Source: Octopus sinensis (lineage: Eukaryota). From it: 64,000 nt of DNA. The notes beneath the pieces were generated by a model that made no database searches, had not been told where the DNA came from, and saw only the letters and a list, made by a program, of their open reading frames with translations. Location of the stretch: positions 54,374,001 through 54,438,000 of the forward strand of contig NC_043006.1 in assembly GCF_006345805.1 (NCBI RefSeq). Reading direction: 5' to 3'. This document shows positions 62,427-64,000 of this stretch, piece after piece. Positions within the stretch are counted from its first letter, which is position 1. The number at the start of each line of letters is the position of its first letter. The position numbers and the translations under genes were made by a program.

Positions 62427-64000
62427 TTAATGGGTTTCGTCATTATCAATGTCTACTTTTCTATGCTTGCATGGGTTAGACAGATTTTCTAAGGATGGCT
62501 GATCTTCCTGCCTCCAGCCCTCACCTGTATTCAAGCAAGGTAATACTTCCCCAAAGGCCAGACATGTTCTCAGAGAATTTTGGAAATGAATGACACTGCT
62601 TCTGTGACAGTGACACTCATTTACAACTATCCTGCAATGTCAAGACAAGGACACAAATACACACAAGAAGCTTCTTTTCAGTTTCTGTTCACAAAATACA
62701 CTCATAAAGCTTTGGCAGTCCAGGGTTATAGTAGAAAGAAACACACTTATGAACCCATAAGTTGATTCAAGAAAAGACTAACAAATTCTACAAAAAGTAT
62801 CTCATTCTGCTCTACTTAGCAGATCAAGAAAGATGTAGAAATACATGTTTTTGTAGCAGTCTGAGGTATTGAGGCTAAAACCTATTCCTAAGTTATCCAC
62901 ACAGCAGAATTGTCATGGTTTAAACCCTGTTAGTCTATAAAAATGAATTCTCAACATGCTGCACAGTTAGGTGTAGGAATGGCTGTATGCAGGGCCAAAT
63001 TAAGACCCACTGGGGTCCAAAGCACTGAAAAGATTTTGGTGCCCCACATATATGTAATTCAAAATATAAACAATAAACCAAATTTTATTTTTCAAAATGA
63101 AACCAACCTAACAGTAAGATGTTATACTTACACTTTATCTATATGGTGGCGAGCTGGCAGAATTGTTAGCACGCCAGGCGACATGCTTAGCGGTATTTCA
63201 TCTGTCGTTACGTTCTGAGTTCAAATTCCGCCGAGGTTGACTGGCTAATCCAGTGCTGGCTGTATGGCAAGAAGTTTGCTTCTAAACCACATGGTTTGGG
63301 GTTTAAGTCCCACTACTATAGTCTCAGGCCAACCAAAACCTTGTGAGTGGATTTAGTAGACAGAAACTGAAAGAAACCCATCATATGTGTGTGTGTTTGT
63401 CCCAACACTGTTTGACAACTGGTATTCATTTGTTGATATCTTTGATTCAGCAAAAAGACATCGATAGAAGAAGTATCAGGATTGATTTGTTCAAGACAGT
63501 GGCCCAGCATGACTACAATCCAATGACTGAAGGAAGTAAAAGATAAAAGTGTGTTATAAGTTGTCTCAAAGATAGTTAAATAACCAATAATGAACAATCC
63601 GAGTGGTTTCTATTCGTAGAATAAACTCTAGCAGTTTATAATTTAATAAATTAACAATGTTCCAGCCATGTCCACTCTATCTTTTATTCAGTCTTCCAAT
63701 TTGTTTTTCTTTTGTGTTTAAGATGATTGGATGAAATGTGAGAGATTTGGTTGTTGTTTCTAGCAGGTTGCTAATCAGCTTGTTAACCCTGTCTTCCCAT
63801 CTGCCAAAGCTGGAAAAAAAAATCTAGATCTGTTATTGTTAGTTCCTAACATGAATAGCCACTAAGGAAGATTCTATATACTAATAATTTGGACTTCATT
63901 TCAGGAGTAATCCACTAAAATTCATGCAAAATTTGAAAAGTGGAAACTTTAATCCTTCCTACTATAGGCACAAGGCCTGAAATTTTAAAGGATGGATCTA

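Overview
AT-rich, microsatellite- and repeat-dense animal genomic DNA. The SINE and LINE repertoire looks like Octopus or another coleoid cephalopod; this is an inference from recognising the repeat families. The window appears to lie wholly inside one + strand host gene, tRNA dimethylallyltransferase (TRIT1/MiaA family). Two exons are visible, 27451-27562 and 47657-47775, which splice in frame across a 20,094-bp intron. No neighbouring exons were found. The rest is intronic mobile-element debris: several tRNA-derived SINE families (often nested), RTE, CR1/Jockey-like and Tx1/L1-like LINE fragments, non-autonomous Helitron-like elements, an internally deleted piggyBac with intact TIRs and TTAA sites, and piggyBac-, hAT- and Tc1/pogo-type MITEs. 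Nearly all ORF-track entries are artefacts of SINEs or microsatellites. The most notable observations are: (i) several unrelated minimal type-I hammerhead-ribozyme-like motifs, one with a fully intact catalytic core (50150-50223, minus strand), probably relics of Penelope-like elements; (ii) a 175-bp-arm fold-back duplication of an RTE 3' end bounded by one target-site duplication; (iii) a pre-miRNA-like hairpin about 450 bp upstream of the first exon; (iv) visible sharing of 3' tails between SINEs and LINEs. All alignments were done by eye and no database search was run.
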